This document shows positions 35,539-49,468 of a stretch of 64,000 nucleotides of DNA, one piece after another. Made by a program: the position numbers and the translations under genes. The stretch is from Chloroflexota bacterium (GTDB lineage Bacteria > Chloroflexota > Anaerolineae > Anaerolineales > UBA11858), in NCBI GenBank assembly GCA_018263575.1, contig JAANWX010000004.1, forward strand, positions 39,464 through 103,463. The letters are read 5' to 3'. Below the pieces are notes generated by a model, which was not told where the DNA came from, searched no databases, and was given only the letters and a program-made list of their open reading frames with translations. Positions within the stretch are counted from its first letter, which is position 1. Each line of letters begins with the position of its first letter.

Positions 35539-35592
35539 AGGCGTGATAAAAGATAATTATTAAAAGTCGTTAATAATTCGTCACTAAATGCC

Positions 35593-35620
35593 TTGACACA
35601 TATTTTATATAACGTATAAT
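35593..35620 (+). promoter_or_regulatory. rRNA operon promoter P1 (candidate)
   Basis: TTGACA, a 16-nt spacer, then TATAAT. Confidence 0.6.
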
Positions 35621-35771
35621 GCCGTGCGCAAGTGTGAGAGACATGGTTTCGCTCCTGCGGGAGCAAATTACTTATAATCCAAAACAGATAATTAGACTGA
35701 GACGCAGGTTCTTTTTTGTTCCGATGTTGCAAAAAATAACATCGGCGAGTTATCCTGTGTTTTAGTCGCTC

Positions 35772-35800
35772 TTGACTTGCTTTGCAAGAAATGGTAGAAT
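35772..35800 (+). promoter_or_regulatory. rRNA operon promoter P2 (candidate)
   Basis: TTGACT, a 17-nt spacer, then TAGAAT, about 120 nt upstream of the 16S 5' end. Confidence 0.55.
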
Positions 35801-35919
35801 ACTCATCGCTCTATTGAGGGAAGGGCCTCGAACCTTGACAATTGAATAGTGATAGAAAGCCAAAAAAAATCTTGAGATTCCAATAGTAAAATAACCACAC
35901 CCTTTGTGGTGTGATGTTT

Positions 35920-37451
<1,532 letters not shown>

Positions 37452-37602
37452 AGGGAGATTTGGGCAGAAGCTTAGCACTCTTGTGGTGCGAGCAGATGCC
37501 ACATACTCTAGCTTTCAAAATGTACAACCAAAATTGCCCTTGACGGTGTTCAAGGTTATCTCGGACGGTTTTCTATCACTATTCAGTTGTTAAGGGTTGT
37601 AC

Positions 37603-37675
<73 letters not shown>

Positions 37676-37689
37676 CTACCCCGAATTCC

Positions 37690-37762
37690 GGGGATGTAGC
37701 TCAGATGGGAGAGCGCCGCCTTTGCAAGGCGGAGGCCAGGGGTTCGAGTCCCCTCATCTCCA
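37690..37762 (+). tRNA. tRNA-Ala (TGC)
   Basis: Acceptor GGGGATG/CATCTCC with a G3:U70-type pair, anticodon loop TTTGCAA, T-loop TTCGAGT. No encoded CCA. Confidence 0.9.
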
Positions 37763-38037
37763 TTTGAGCAGTCAATAAGTGATTTGTCGAGAGGTGAGTG
37801 AAAACTTGCGCTTAGTCGATCATAGAGTATAAACTAAGTTTGGAAGCATCTTCGAAGGGATTATCAGCCCGGCGAAATGCTGGGCTGTTTTGTTTAGATG
37901 GATTGAAAAGTTAGCTAGCATTGGGTGTTCCTGATAATTATGAGGAATAGCCACCGACAGCTAACTGTCGGATAGAACCTTACCAATAGAATAGAGAAAC
38001 TGCGAATAATAAAAAATATCGATTTCTCCGCATCACA

Positions 38038-41000
<2,963 letters not shown>

Positions 41001-41066
41001 GGTGCGGAGAACTCGATGTTTTTTATTAATCAGTTTTATTCTATTGGTTATAATAATGTGAATATA

Positions 41067-41188
41067 GTTCTTGGTGATTGTAGCGGCAAGGGTACACCTG
41101 GTAACATCCCGAACCCAGAAGTTAAGCTTGCCAGCGCCGATGGTACTTGAGGGGCAGCCCTCTGGGAGAGTTGGTCATTGCCAAGAAC
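41067..41188 (+). rRNA. rrf: 5S ribosomal RNA
   Basis: Helix I GTTCTTGG/CCAAGAAC. Conserved CCCGAACCCAGAAGTTAAGC. Confidence 0.9.
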
Positions 41189-41336
41189 TTTTTCTTTTAA
41201 AACTACTGCATATCCCTAAAAGAAATGTTGGTCGAAATGGCATTTCGACTGACGAGTTACCAACTCGTCCTACAAGGTTACTAAGATAGGCAAATTAGGA
41301 AGAAAAAAAGGTAATTGCTCAAAATGGGAGTGGTCT

Positions 41337-41449
41337 GTAGTCGAGATTTCTATATCTCGCGCCCACGGGGTCACGTTGTGCGCCTACGGTGTACAGCCCT
41401 TGGCTAGTGGCCACAGGCCCGCACGGCGCGGCGTAGAAACCCCGACTAC
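41337..41449. repeat. MITE-like repeat family A, copy 3 (divergent)
   Basis: Ends GTAGTCGAGATTT...GGCGTAGAAACCCCGACTAC. Internal GGCGCACAACGTGACCCCG is shared with copies 1 and 2. Confidence 0.65.
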
Positions 41450-41473
41450 ACCACCAGCATATTGAGCAGGCAC

Positions 41474-41520
41474 AAAAAAAGCCCCCACTGTCCGTAAGAC
41501 AGTGGGGGCTTTTGTGTTTT
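41474..41520. terminator. Bidirectional intrinsic terminator (rRNA operon / PFOR)
   Basis: AAAAAAA-GCCCCCACTGTC-CGTAA-GACAGTGGGGGC-TTTTGTGTTTT. Confidence 0.8.
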
Positions 41521-41545
41521 CTAAAGCCTACTGGTCGAGCTTTGC

Positions 41546-44500
41546 TTACTCATTACTATAATCCATCTCAGCCATTTGCTCATAAAGTTGCCAACGTTCT
41601 TCAATGCTCTCTTGTGCTGCTTTCATCAATTCTTCAGCGCGTTCTTCGTTGCTTCTCAGGAGAGTATTGAATCTGACCTCGTTATAAGCGAAATCTTTGA
41701 AGGGGATGCTGGGCGCTTTGGAATCTAGTTGCAGCGGGTTTTTGCCTTCTTTGGTTCGCTCGGGGTGGAAGCGGTAGAGGGGCCAAAGCCCAGATTTAAC
41801 CGCCAGATCCTGTTGGTGAAGCTGTTTGGCCATATCAATCCCATGTGCAATACAAGGCGTATAGGCCAGGATCAGGGAGGGGCCATCATAGGCTTCCGCT
41901 TCGAGGAAAGCTTGTAAAGTTTGCCGGTCGCTGTGGCCCATGGCTACCTGAGCTACATAGATATACCCATAGGACATAGCGATCATGCCCAAGTCCTTCC
42001 GGGGTTGGGATTTTCCGTCAAAAGCGAATTTCGCTGTCGCTGCCAGAGGCGTGGCTTTGGAGGACTGTCCACCCGTGTTGGAGTAGACTTGGGTATCCAT
42101 CACCAGCACGTTGACGTTCCGGCCAGAGGCCAAAACGTGGTCCAGGCCGCCGTATCCGATGTCATAGGCCCAACCATCACCACCCAGGATCCACACATCC
42201 TTGCGGACGAGTTTATCGGCAATACTCAGCAGGTCTAAGGCTTTGGGATCATCAATGCCGTCAATCTTCTCTCGCACCTTGGCTATTCGTTCACGTTGCG
42301 CTTTGATTCCAGCCTCCGTAGATTGATCAGCGTTGAGAATTTCATCAACCAAATCATCACCAATCACCTCGCTAAAGCGGGGGAGTAATTCTTTGGCGTA
42401 TTCATTTTGCTTATCAATTGTCAGGCGCATTCCCATACCGAATTCAGCGTTATCTTCGAAAAGGGAGTTGTTCCAGGTTGGACCGTATCCCTCATCGTTT
42501 ACGGTATAGGGCGTTGTGGGCATGTTTCCGCCGTAGATGGAGGAACAGCCAGTCGCGTTGGCGATCACACTCCGGTCACCAAAGAGTTGCGTAAGGAGTT
42601 TCACGTAGGGGGTTTCGCCGCATCCAGCACAAGCTCCAGAGAACTCGAAGAGCGGTTCTAAGAACTGCGAGTCCTTGACACGGTTGAGTTTCAATGTGGT
42701 TCGGTCCGCGACAGGGATAGAACGGAAGAAGTCCCAATTTTCGCTTTCCTGCTCGCGAACAGGAGCTTGCGGGGTCATTTGCAGGGCAGGCGGTTCTTTT
42801 TCGCTTGCCGGGCAGGCATCCACGCACAAGAAACAGCCGGTGCAATCTTCAGGAGCAACTTGAATAGTGTATTTCAAACCTTTTAGACTGCGTCCCTTGG
42901 CCTCTGTAGTTTTGAACGTTTCGGGGGCATCTTCCAGAAGTTCTGGTTCATAAACTTTGGGTCGGATGACTGCGTGCGGGCATACGAAGGCACATTTATT
43001 ACATTGGATGCAGGTTTCCGGATTCCAAGAGGGGATTTCAAGGGCAATGTTGCGCTTTTCCCATTTTGTGGTTCCGGTGGGATACGTGCCATCGGCCGGG
43101 AAGGCGCTAACTGGTAGATTGTCTCCATACCCGGCAATGATTTCTCCCAGTACGTCCTTTACAAATTCGGGGGCTTCTTCAGGAACAGCCGGGCGCATCT
43201 CAAGATCGCTTTCGGCCCTTTCGGGAACCTCTACCTGGTGGAGATTGGCCACGGATTGATCTACAGCCGCAAAGTTCTTCTTGACAATATCTTCACCTTT
43301 ACTACCATAAGTCTTCTGAATAGCTTCCTTGATGGCCTCGATGGCTTCCTCACGGGGCAAGACACCGCTGATGGCGAAGAAACAAGTCTGCATGATGGTG
43401 TTGATGCGCGTTCCCATGCCAGTTTTTTTGGCGACATCATAGCCATTGATAATGTAGAACTTCAAATCCTTCTTGATAATATTTTCTTGGACCGCAGCAG
43501 GAAGGTGTTCCCACACTTCTTCCGGCCCATAGATGCTGTTCAATAAGAAAATAGCTCCCGGTTTCGCATACTTCAGCATCTCAACTTGTTCTAAGAAGCT
43601 AAATTGATGACAAGCCAAAAAGTCCGCATCATTTTCTCCAATTAAATACGGAGAATTGATGGGCTCTGGCCCAAAGCGGAGGTGTGACGTTGTCTTGGCG
43701 CCAGATTTCTTGGAGTCATATACAAAATAACCCTGAGCGTAGTTGTCAGTTTCTTCGCCGATAATCTTGATAGAGTTCTTATTGGCGCCCACTGTGCCGT
43801 CGGAACCGAGACCAAAGAACACACCGCTGATGGTGTCCTCGCTTTCAATAGAGAAAGCCGGGTCCCATGCCAGGTTGGTGTGGGTCACATCATCGATGAT
43901 GCCCACAGTAAAGTGATTCTTGGGATTATCTTTCTTCATTTCATCGAAGATACCCTTGACCATGCCAGGGGTAAATTCTTTGGAAGAAAGGCCATAGCGC
44001 CCACCAATCACCAGGGGCTTGGCTCCTTCATCCATATTTTCTGCGATGGCGGTGATAACATCATTGTAGAGAGGTTCACCAGCCGCTCCAGGTTCTTTGG
44101 TGCGGTCCAAGGCGGCGATGACTTTCACCGTGGAAGGTAAGGCTTCCATTAAGTGTTTCGCTGAGAAGGGGCGGTAAAGCCGGACGCGAACAACGCCCAC
44201 TTTTTCGCCACCTTCATTGAGAAATTTTGTAGTTCCAGCAACAGTTTCTCCGCCTGAACCGATGATGACAATCACGCGTTCTGCGTCTTCAGCGCCATAA
44301 TAGTCGAAAAGTTTATATTGCCGTCCTGTCAATTCGGCAAATTTGTCCATCGCCTTTTGAACGATATCGGGAGTAGCTTCATAGTATTTGTTGACACTCT
44401 CACGAGCCTGGAAGAAAATATCCGGGTTTTGAGCTGTGCCTCGCAAAACGGGGTTATCTGGGTTCATCCCTCGAGCACGGTGAGCATGCACATATTCATC

Positions 44501-45088
44501 ATCGATCATCTCTTTCAGTACGTCATCAGGCAGCATCTCGATCTTGTTTATCTCGTGAGATACTCTGAAGCCCTCGAAGAAGTGAACGAAAGGTACGCGG
44601 GATTCCAGGCTTGCTGCCTGAGAGATCAGGGAAAAATCATGCGCCTCTTGAATGGAACCAGAGCCTAACAAACCAAACCCGGTTGAGCGAACAGCCATAA
44701 CGTCTGAATGATCACCAAAAATAGACAATGCCTGGGCCGCAACTGAGCGTGCCGCCACATGGAAAACAGTGGGGGTTAATTCACCCGCAATCTTATACAT
44801 ATTGGGCATCATTAACAACAGACCTTGGGATGCTGTGAATGTGGTCGTCAAAGAGCCTGTTTGTAAAGCACCATGGACAGCTCCCGCCGCACCACCCTCT
44901 GCCTGCATTTCTATTACATCTGGGACCGTTCCCCAAATATTCTCTTGACCCTTTGCAGACCATTCGTCTGCAAACTCACCCATCGGTGAGGACGGGGTAA
45001 TTGGATAAATAGCAATCACTTCGTTGATCTTATGGGCAACCGCTGCAACTGCTTGATTGCCGTCAATTGTCTTAATCTTTTTCGCCAT
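41546..45088 (-). CDS. nifJ: Pyruvate:ferredoxin (flavodoxin) oxidoreductase, single-polypeptide type
   Basis: About 1180 aa. N-terminus MAKKIKTIDGNQAVA, two ferredoxin motifs CIQCNKCAFVCP and CTGCFLCVDACP, TPP motif GGDGWAYDIG. An alternative ATG lies at 45103. Confidence 0.93.
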   Translation of the reverse strand: MAKKIKTIDGNQAVAAVAHKINEVIAIYPITPSSPMGEFADEWSAKGQENIWGTVPDVIEMQAEGGAAGAVHGALQTGSLTTTFTASQGLLLMMPNMYKIAGELTPTVFHVAARSVAAQALSIFGDHSDVMAVRSTGFGLLGSGSIQEAHDFSLISQAASLESRVPFVHFFEGFRVSHEINKIEMLPDDVLKEMIDDEYVHAHRARGMNPDNPVLRGTAQNPDIFFQARESVNKYYEATPDIVQKAMDKFAELTGRQYKLFDYYGAEDAERVIVIIGSGGETVAGTTKFLNEGGEKVGVVRVRLYRPFSAKHLMEALPSTVKVIAALDRTKEPGAAGEPLYNDVITAIAENMDEGAKPLVIGGRYGLSSKEFTPGMVKGIFDEMKKDNPKNHFTVGIIDDVTHTNLAWDPAFSIESEDTISGVFFGLGSDGTVGANKNSIKIIGEETDNYAQGYFVYDSKKSGAKTTSHLRFGPEPINSPYLIGENDADFLACHQFSFLEQVEMLKYAKPGAIFLLNSIYGPEEVWEHLPAAVQENIIKKDLKFYIINGYDVAKKTGMGTRINTIMQTCFFAISGVLPREEAIEAIKEAIQKTYGSKGEDIVKKNFAAVDQSVANLHQVEVPERAESDLEMRPAVPEEAPEFVKDVLGEIIAGYGDNLPVSAFPADGTYPTGTTKWEKRNIALEIPSWNPETCIQCNKCAFVCPHAVIRPKVYEPELLEDAPETFKTTEAKGRSLKGLKYTIQVAPEDCTGCFLCVDACPASEKEPPALQMTPQAPVREQESENWDFFRSIPVADRTTLKLNRVKDSQFLEPLFEFSGACAGCGETPYVKLLTQLFGDRSVIANATGCSSIYGGNMPTTPYTVNDEGYGPTWNNSLFEDNAEFGMGMRLTIDKQNEYAKELLPRFSEVIGDDLVDEILNADQSTEAGIKAQRERIAKVREKIDGIDDPKALDLLSIADKLVRKDVWILGGDGWAYDIGYGGLDHVLASGRNVNVLVMDTQVYSNTGGQSSKATPLAATAKFAFDGKSQPRKDLGMIAMSYGYIYVAQVAMGHSDRQTLQAFLEAEAYDGPSLILAYTPCIAHGIDMAKQLHQQDLAVKSGLWPLYRFHPERTKEGKNPLQLDSKAPSIPFKDFAYNEVRFNTLLRSNEERAEELMKAAQESIEERWQLYEQMAEMDYSNE

Positions 45089-45119
45089 AAATTTTTTCTC
45101 CATAAACTATATGTGAGAC

Positions 45120-45221
45120 GTAACTACTCAGATGTCATTTCGAACGAAGTGAGAAATCTTGCATCCGCTAACAAAGATTTCTCCTCGTACCTCGTCGAAA
45201 TGACAATGGGTGAGTAGTTAC
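45120..45221. mobile_element. MITE family G (102 bp palindromic element) in the PFOR leader
   Basis: Perfect 11-bp TIR GTAACTACTCA/TGAGTAGTTAC. Flanked by the 8-bp direct repeat TGTGAGAC at 45112-45119 and 45222-45229. No ORF. Confidence 0.75.
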
Positions 45222-45340
45222 TGTGAGACTATGTTTTTAATAAGGTGTTAAACGGACTATCACACCCAACGAACCATTATAATACATTTTCTTAGTATGG
45301 GGTGTAATTTTTGTCACATTTAAAGCTTTCTTAACTAATT

Positions 45341-46513
45341 CTAATCCTGTATCCCCTCAGAAATCACATCCTTCCCATATTTTTGGCGCAACTCCCCCAA
45401 AACTTTCTGTAACTGGACATCTTTTTTTACCTTTGGCCCCCATAAATTAAGTTGATGTGCCCCCCGGTCTAAATTACTCACCCCCACCCCTACCAAACGT
45501 ATCGCCCGCCCTGATTTCCACACCTCTTCGAAAAGAGCCTCAGCTTGCGTGGATATCGTTTCGTAATCATTTACCCCCTTCGTGAGCGTGATTTGCCGGG
45601 TCAGCGTATCAAAGTTAGCCCAACGGACTTTAATTTGCACAGTTCTCCCCCGGAGACTCTTTTTCCGGAGGCGGCGCGCCACCTTATCGGATAACGTACT
45701 CAATTCGTGGAGGATTTCGGCCTTGTTCCCTTTATCCTGGCTGAACGTTCTCTCATTGCTAATGGATTTCGCCACCCGCTTGGTGAGGATGGGACGATGA
45801 TCGATCCCTTTGGCCCGTTTCGAAAGGTCATAACCATGTTTCCCCAAAGCTTGGCTGAGTTCAATGATTGGAAAGTTGGCGATATCCCCAATCGTGCGCA
45901 TGTCCAGTTGGTGAAGGCGTTGTTTTGTTTTGGGACCCACACCCCAGAGCATATCTGCGGGGAGAGGAGCCAGAAAAGCGGCCTCTTGCCCTGGGGGGAC
46001 TCGTGTCATGGACCGGGGGTAGCCACCTCCTGGTGCGGAAACTTTTCCCACATCCGTAGCAATTTTGGCCACCAGCTTGTTGGACGCAATCCCCAGCGAG
46101 CAGGGCAGGCTTAATTCTTTTTGAATTCGTTCTTGGAGATTTTTTGCCACTTTTGTGGGCGGCTCATCAATTAAACTGATGTCGATAAATGCTTCATCAA
46201 TAGAGAGTTGCTCCACCTGATCAGTTAAGGTATGCAAGATTTCCATTACCTGATCGGAATCTCGTTTGTAGGCTGAACGATGGGGGGTAACCGTGATCAG
46301 ACCCGGGCAAACACGGACGGCTTGGAACATGGGCATAGCTGACCGCACCCCAAATTGGCGCGCCGCGTACGAACAAGAGGCCACCACGCCCCGGTGGGCG
46401 GGATCTCCCCCCACCGCAAAAGCCTTCCCGCGCAAAGTGGGGTCCCGCTTCTCTTCCACCGCGCAGAAAAACGCATCCAAATCGAGGTGAATGATCGTCC
46501 GGGTGGGGTTCAT
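45341..46513 (-). CDS. dinB: DNA polymerase IV (Y-family)
   Basis: IHLDLDAFFCAVEE, SIDEAFIDIS, 390 aa. Confidence 0.92.
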   Translation of the reverse strand: MNPTRTIIHLDLDAFFCAVEEKRDPTLRGKAFAVGGDPAHRGVVASCSYAARQFGVRSAMPMFQAVRVCPGLITVTPHRSAYKRDSDQVMEILHTLTDQVEQLSIDEAFIDISLIDEPPTKVAKNLQERIQKELSLPCSLGIASNKLVAKIATDVGKVSAPGGGYPRSMTRVPPGQEAAFLAPLPADMLWGVGPKTKQRLHQLDMRTIGDIANFPIIELSQALGKHGYDLSKRAKGIDHRPILTKRVAKSISNERTFSQDKGNKAEILHELSTLSDKVARRLRKKSLRGRTVQIKVRWANFDTLTRQITLTKGVNDYETISTQAEALFEEVWKSGRAIRLVGVGVSNLDRGAHQLNLWGPKVKKDVQLQKVLGELRQKYGKDVISEGIQD

Positions 46514-46532
46514 GAGATTCCAAGATTCCTAC

Positions 46533-47282
46533 CTACTCTTCCTTCTTATAAGCCTGCCGAAGTTTGACTGGTTCCGGCTTGGTCTTGACGCGCACTCTCA
46601 GGTTGATGATTTCCACAAAGACTGAAAATCCCATCGCGAAGTAGATATACCCTTTGGGAATGTGCACGTGGATCCCATCCACCACCAGTGAAAAGCCGAT
46701 CAAGAGCAAAAAGCTTAAGGCTAGGATCTTCAGGGTGGGGCGCTCATTGACAAAATTGCTGATCGGCCCGGAGGCGAAGAGCATGATGATTACAGCGATG
46801 ACCACAGCGATGATCATAATTACCAGTTCATTTGCCATCCCTACCGCAGTAATGACCGAGTCCAGGGAGAAGACGACGTCCAAGAGCATAATTTGCAGGA
46901 TAACGGAGAAAAAATTAGCCTTCACTTTGGCGGAAGCATGCCCCTCTTCTCCTTCTAGTTTGTCATGAATCTCGAAAGTGCTCTTGGCAATTAGGAATAA
47001 GCCTCCCAGTATCAAAATAATGTCCCGGCCTGAGATGCCTATATTAAAGACGTGGAACAAAGCCTCCTCTAGACTCGTCAACCAGGCCAGAGAAAAGAGC
47101 AGCAAGATACGCGTAACCATGGCTATAATAAGTCCTATGATGCGTCCTTGGTCTTCTTGGTCTTCAGGGAGCTTTTCAGACAAAATAGAAATAAAGATAA
47201 TGTTGTCAATTCCCAGAACAATCTCCAGGGCGGTCAATGTGATTAAAGCGATCCATGCTTCCGGGTCGGTGATCCAAGCCAT
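46533..47282 (-). CDS. terC: TerC family integral membrane protein
   Basis: LEIVLGIDNIIFISIL and LDVVFSLDSVITAVG repeats. 249 aa. Confidence 0.85.
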   Translation of the reverse strand: MAWITDPEAWIALITLTALEIVLGIDNIIFISILSEKLPEDQEDQGRIIGLIIAMVTRILLLFSLAWLTSLEEALFHVFNIGISGRDIILILGGLFLIAKSTFEIHDKLEGEEGHASAKVKANFFSVILQIMLLDVVFSLDSVITAVGMANELVIMIIAVVIAVIIMLFASGPISNFVNERPTLKILALSFLLLIGFSLVVDGIHVHIPKGYIYFAMGFSVFVEIINLRVRVKTKPEPVKLRQAYKKEE

Positions 47283-47337
47283 AATTTACACTCCTTTTGA
47301 TGTCATTTACTAAACATTCAGATTATCGTTGAAAATC

Positions 47338-48333
47338 TTATCTTTTATCTTCTGTACTTTGCGCATATCCTCTTGGATGTTTATTATGCCACGCCCACGC
47401 GCTGGCGATAATGGTTTTCAGTTCAGGGGTCTCCGGCTTCCAGCCCAGTTCTTGGCGGATGCGTTCTGAGGAGGCCACCAAACGGGGAGAGTCGCCGGGA
47501 CGCCGGGGGGTCTCCACGGCGGGGATAGGGTGCCCCGTCACGTCTCGGGCTCTCTCTATCACCTCCCTAACAGAGTATCCTTGCCCATTTCCCAAGTTAT
47601 AAACCAGCTTATCCTCTTCTCCTAGGGCATCGAGGGCCAACAAGTGAGCGGAGATCAAGTCTGAGATGTGGATATAATCGCGGATACAGGTTCCGTCAGG
47701 GGTGGGGTAATCGGTGCCGAAGATATTGATCTTTTCTCGCTGCCCAAGCGGAACTTGGAGGACGAGGGGTATGAGGTGCGTTTCGGGTTGGTGGGCTTCC
47801 CCTCTCCCTGGGAGAGCGCCAGCGGCGTTGAAGTAGCGCAGCGCTGCGTAATGCAGCCCGTGTATTTGGCGGTACCTCTCTAATACCTCCTCGATCATCA
47901 ATTTGGTGTGGCCATAGACATTTGTCGGCCCTAAGGGGGATTCCTCGTTGAGGGGTTCGTCGCTGGATTGGTAGACCGCGGCTGTTGAAGAGAGCACAAA
48001 ACGTTTGATTCCGGCGTGGACGGCAGCCTCAATGAGTTTGGTGGAGTTCACCAGGTTGTTCTGGTAATATTTACCGGGATTCTGCATACTTTCTCCGGCC
48101 TCGATGAAAGCCGCAAAGTGCATCACGGCCTCATAATTTTGGCTTGCCAAGGCCTTTCGAAGGGCTTTCTCATCACCTAAATCAGCTTCTATGAATTTTG
48201 CTTGGTCGGGAACGGCGGCTCTATGCCCTGTCAAAAGGGCGTCGTAAATGGTGACAGAATATCCGGCATCAAGAAGTGTTTGGGCGGCCGCAGAACCGAT
48301 ATATCCCGCTCCGCCGGTTAGAAAAATGTTCAT
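47338..48333 (-). CDS. galE: UDP-glucose 4-epimerase
   Basis: GGAGYIGS, catalytic YGHTK, 331 aa. Confidence 0.9.
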   Translation of the reverse strand: MNIFLTGGAGYIGSAAAQTLLDAGYSVTIYDALLTGHRAAVPDQAKFIEADLGDEKALRKALASQNYEAVMHFAAFIEAGESMQNPGKYYQNNLVNSTKLIEAAVHAGIKRFVLSSTAAVYQSSDEPLNEESPLGPTNVYGHTKLMIEEVLERYRQIHGLHYAALRYFNAAGALPGRGEAHQPETHLIPLVLQVPLGQREKINIFGTDYPTPDGTCIRDYIHISDLISAHLLALDALGEEDKLVYNLGNGQGYSVREVIERARDVTGHPIPAVETPRRPGDSPRLVASSERIRQELGWKPETPELKTIIASAWAWHNKHPRGYAQSTEDKR

Positions 48334-48370
48334 AGTTTATCCTTGGTTTGGTAAAGTGGTGAAATTAGTG

Positions 48371-48400
48371 GATCAGGTATCAGGTATTAGGTATCAGGGA
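48371..48400. repeat. Heptamer tandem array (ATCAGGT units; CCTGATA on the minus strand)
   Basis: Read directly, in the 5' region of galE. Confidence 0.75.
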
Positions 48401-48445
48401 CTAGGGAGTAATGTCCCAACCGAAGCCAGAGTCCCGACAGCGGGT

Positions 48446-48482
48446 CTCCTAACCGCCTAACCCCTAACTTCCTAACTCGCTC
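48446..48482. repeat. Heptamer/octamer tandem array (CCTAAC-type units)
   Basis: CTCCTAACCGCCTAACCCCTAACTTCCTAACTCGC. Confidence 0.75.
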
Positions 48483-48489
48483 CTCACCC

Positions 48490-48561
48490 GCGCGATGGTG
48501 AAGGTCTCCTCCCCTGCGCGATGGTGAAGGTCTCCTCCCCTGCGCGATGGTGAAGGTCTCC
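48490..48561. repeat. 26-bp tandem repeat, 2.8 copies (GCGCGATGGTGAAGGTCTCCTCCCCT)
   Basis: The two full units are identical and the third is truncated. Contiguous, with no spacers. Confidence 0.9.
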
Positions 48562-48619
48562 CGACCGAACCCAAAGTTCCGACCGCAGGACTCCTAACTC
48601 GCACCACGCACCCCGCCAA

Positions 48620-49441
48620 TCATTGACAAGAAGCGGAGAACGTCGCTTGTCCCGAACTTCCAGTTGAATTATAAGCTTCAATACCATAAGTGACTGTTTG
48701 CGTGGAATCGACAGCAACGCTGTCGGTATACGTGGTCGTGTTTGTTCCCAGGTCGGCAATTTGAACCTCGTCACGGTAGATGCGGTAACCGCTCTCATTG
48801 TTAGCCCAATCGCTCCAGGTTATGGTCATGGTCATAATGGTGTTGGTGCCATTCCATTCGCAGGTGTAATTGTATTCTTGTAGCGTTGGCGCGGTGGGCG
48901 GACTGGGGGTCTCGGTGGGGGGAGGTGTCATGGTGGGAAGAGTCCAGAGGCTGCCAGTGGCTGAGGCAAATTCTCCCACAACCCAACAATCTCCTTCTCC
49001 GGAAGGATTCTTGACCACCCAGAAATCTTCAATGGGGTGTTTGCCAATAATTTCTGCCGTTTCGCCTTCGTTGTAGGTGTAGACAATTTTATAATCCAGC
49101 CCGGGCCCGCCCCGGCAATTGACATCTCCCTCGAAAGTCAGGAGCGGCAAGGCATAGGTTGGGGTTGGCGTACTGGTTTGCGTGGGGGTGGGCGTTAAAG
49201 TTGGCAAGGAGTTTGTTGGCGTGTTTGTGGGAGGGCTTGTTTCCGAGGGAGATTGCGCCTCAATCGCTGCCAAAGTTTGGGCCACAAGCGTCCCGGCCAA
49301 CTCCTCATCCGAGAGACCCGCAGGCGTGGACGCAGGGAAATTGCAGGAACTTAAGGTAAGGGCCAGCAGAAGGCCAAGAATTCCTATAAGCGGTCTGTAT
49401 CTGTAATCTAAGGTAGGGGTGCTCAATTTGCATATCTTCAT
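48620..49441 (-). CDS. Hypothetical lipoprotein (PT linkers, SH3b-like and FN3-like segments)
   Basis: Lipobox LTLSSC. Linkers TNTPTNSLPTLTPTPTQTSTPTPT. Confidence 0.65.
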   Translation of the reverse strand: MKICKLSTPTLDYRYRPLIGILGLLLALTLSSCNFPASTPAGLSDEELAGTLVAQTLAAIEAQSPSETSPPTNTPTNSLPTLTPTPTQTSTPTPTYALPLLTFEGDVNCRGGPGLDYKIVYTYNEGETAEIIGKHPIEDFWVVKNPSGEGDCWVVGEFASATGSLWTLPTMTPPPTETPSPPTAPTLQEYNYTCEWNGTNTIMTMTITWSDWANNESGYRIYRDEVQIADLGTNTTTYTDSVAVDSTQTVTYGIEAYNSTGSSGQATFSASCQ

Positions 49442-49468
49442 GAATAGCCAGCATTATAACCTATTTTC

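Noticed and set aside
47283-47337. yybP-ykoY (Mn) riboswitch expected upstream of terC
   Set aside because: Only 55 nt separate the galE stop from the terC start, which is too short, and no conserved motif is visible.
48490-48561. CRISPR array (also considered for 27731-27790)
   Set aside because: The repeats are directly contiguous with no spacers, there are only about 3-4 units of 26 or 14 bp, and no cas genes are in the window.
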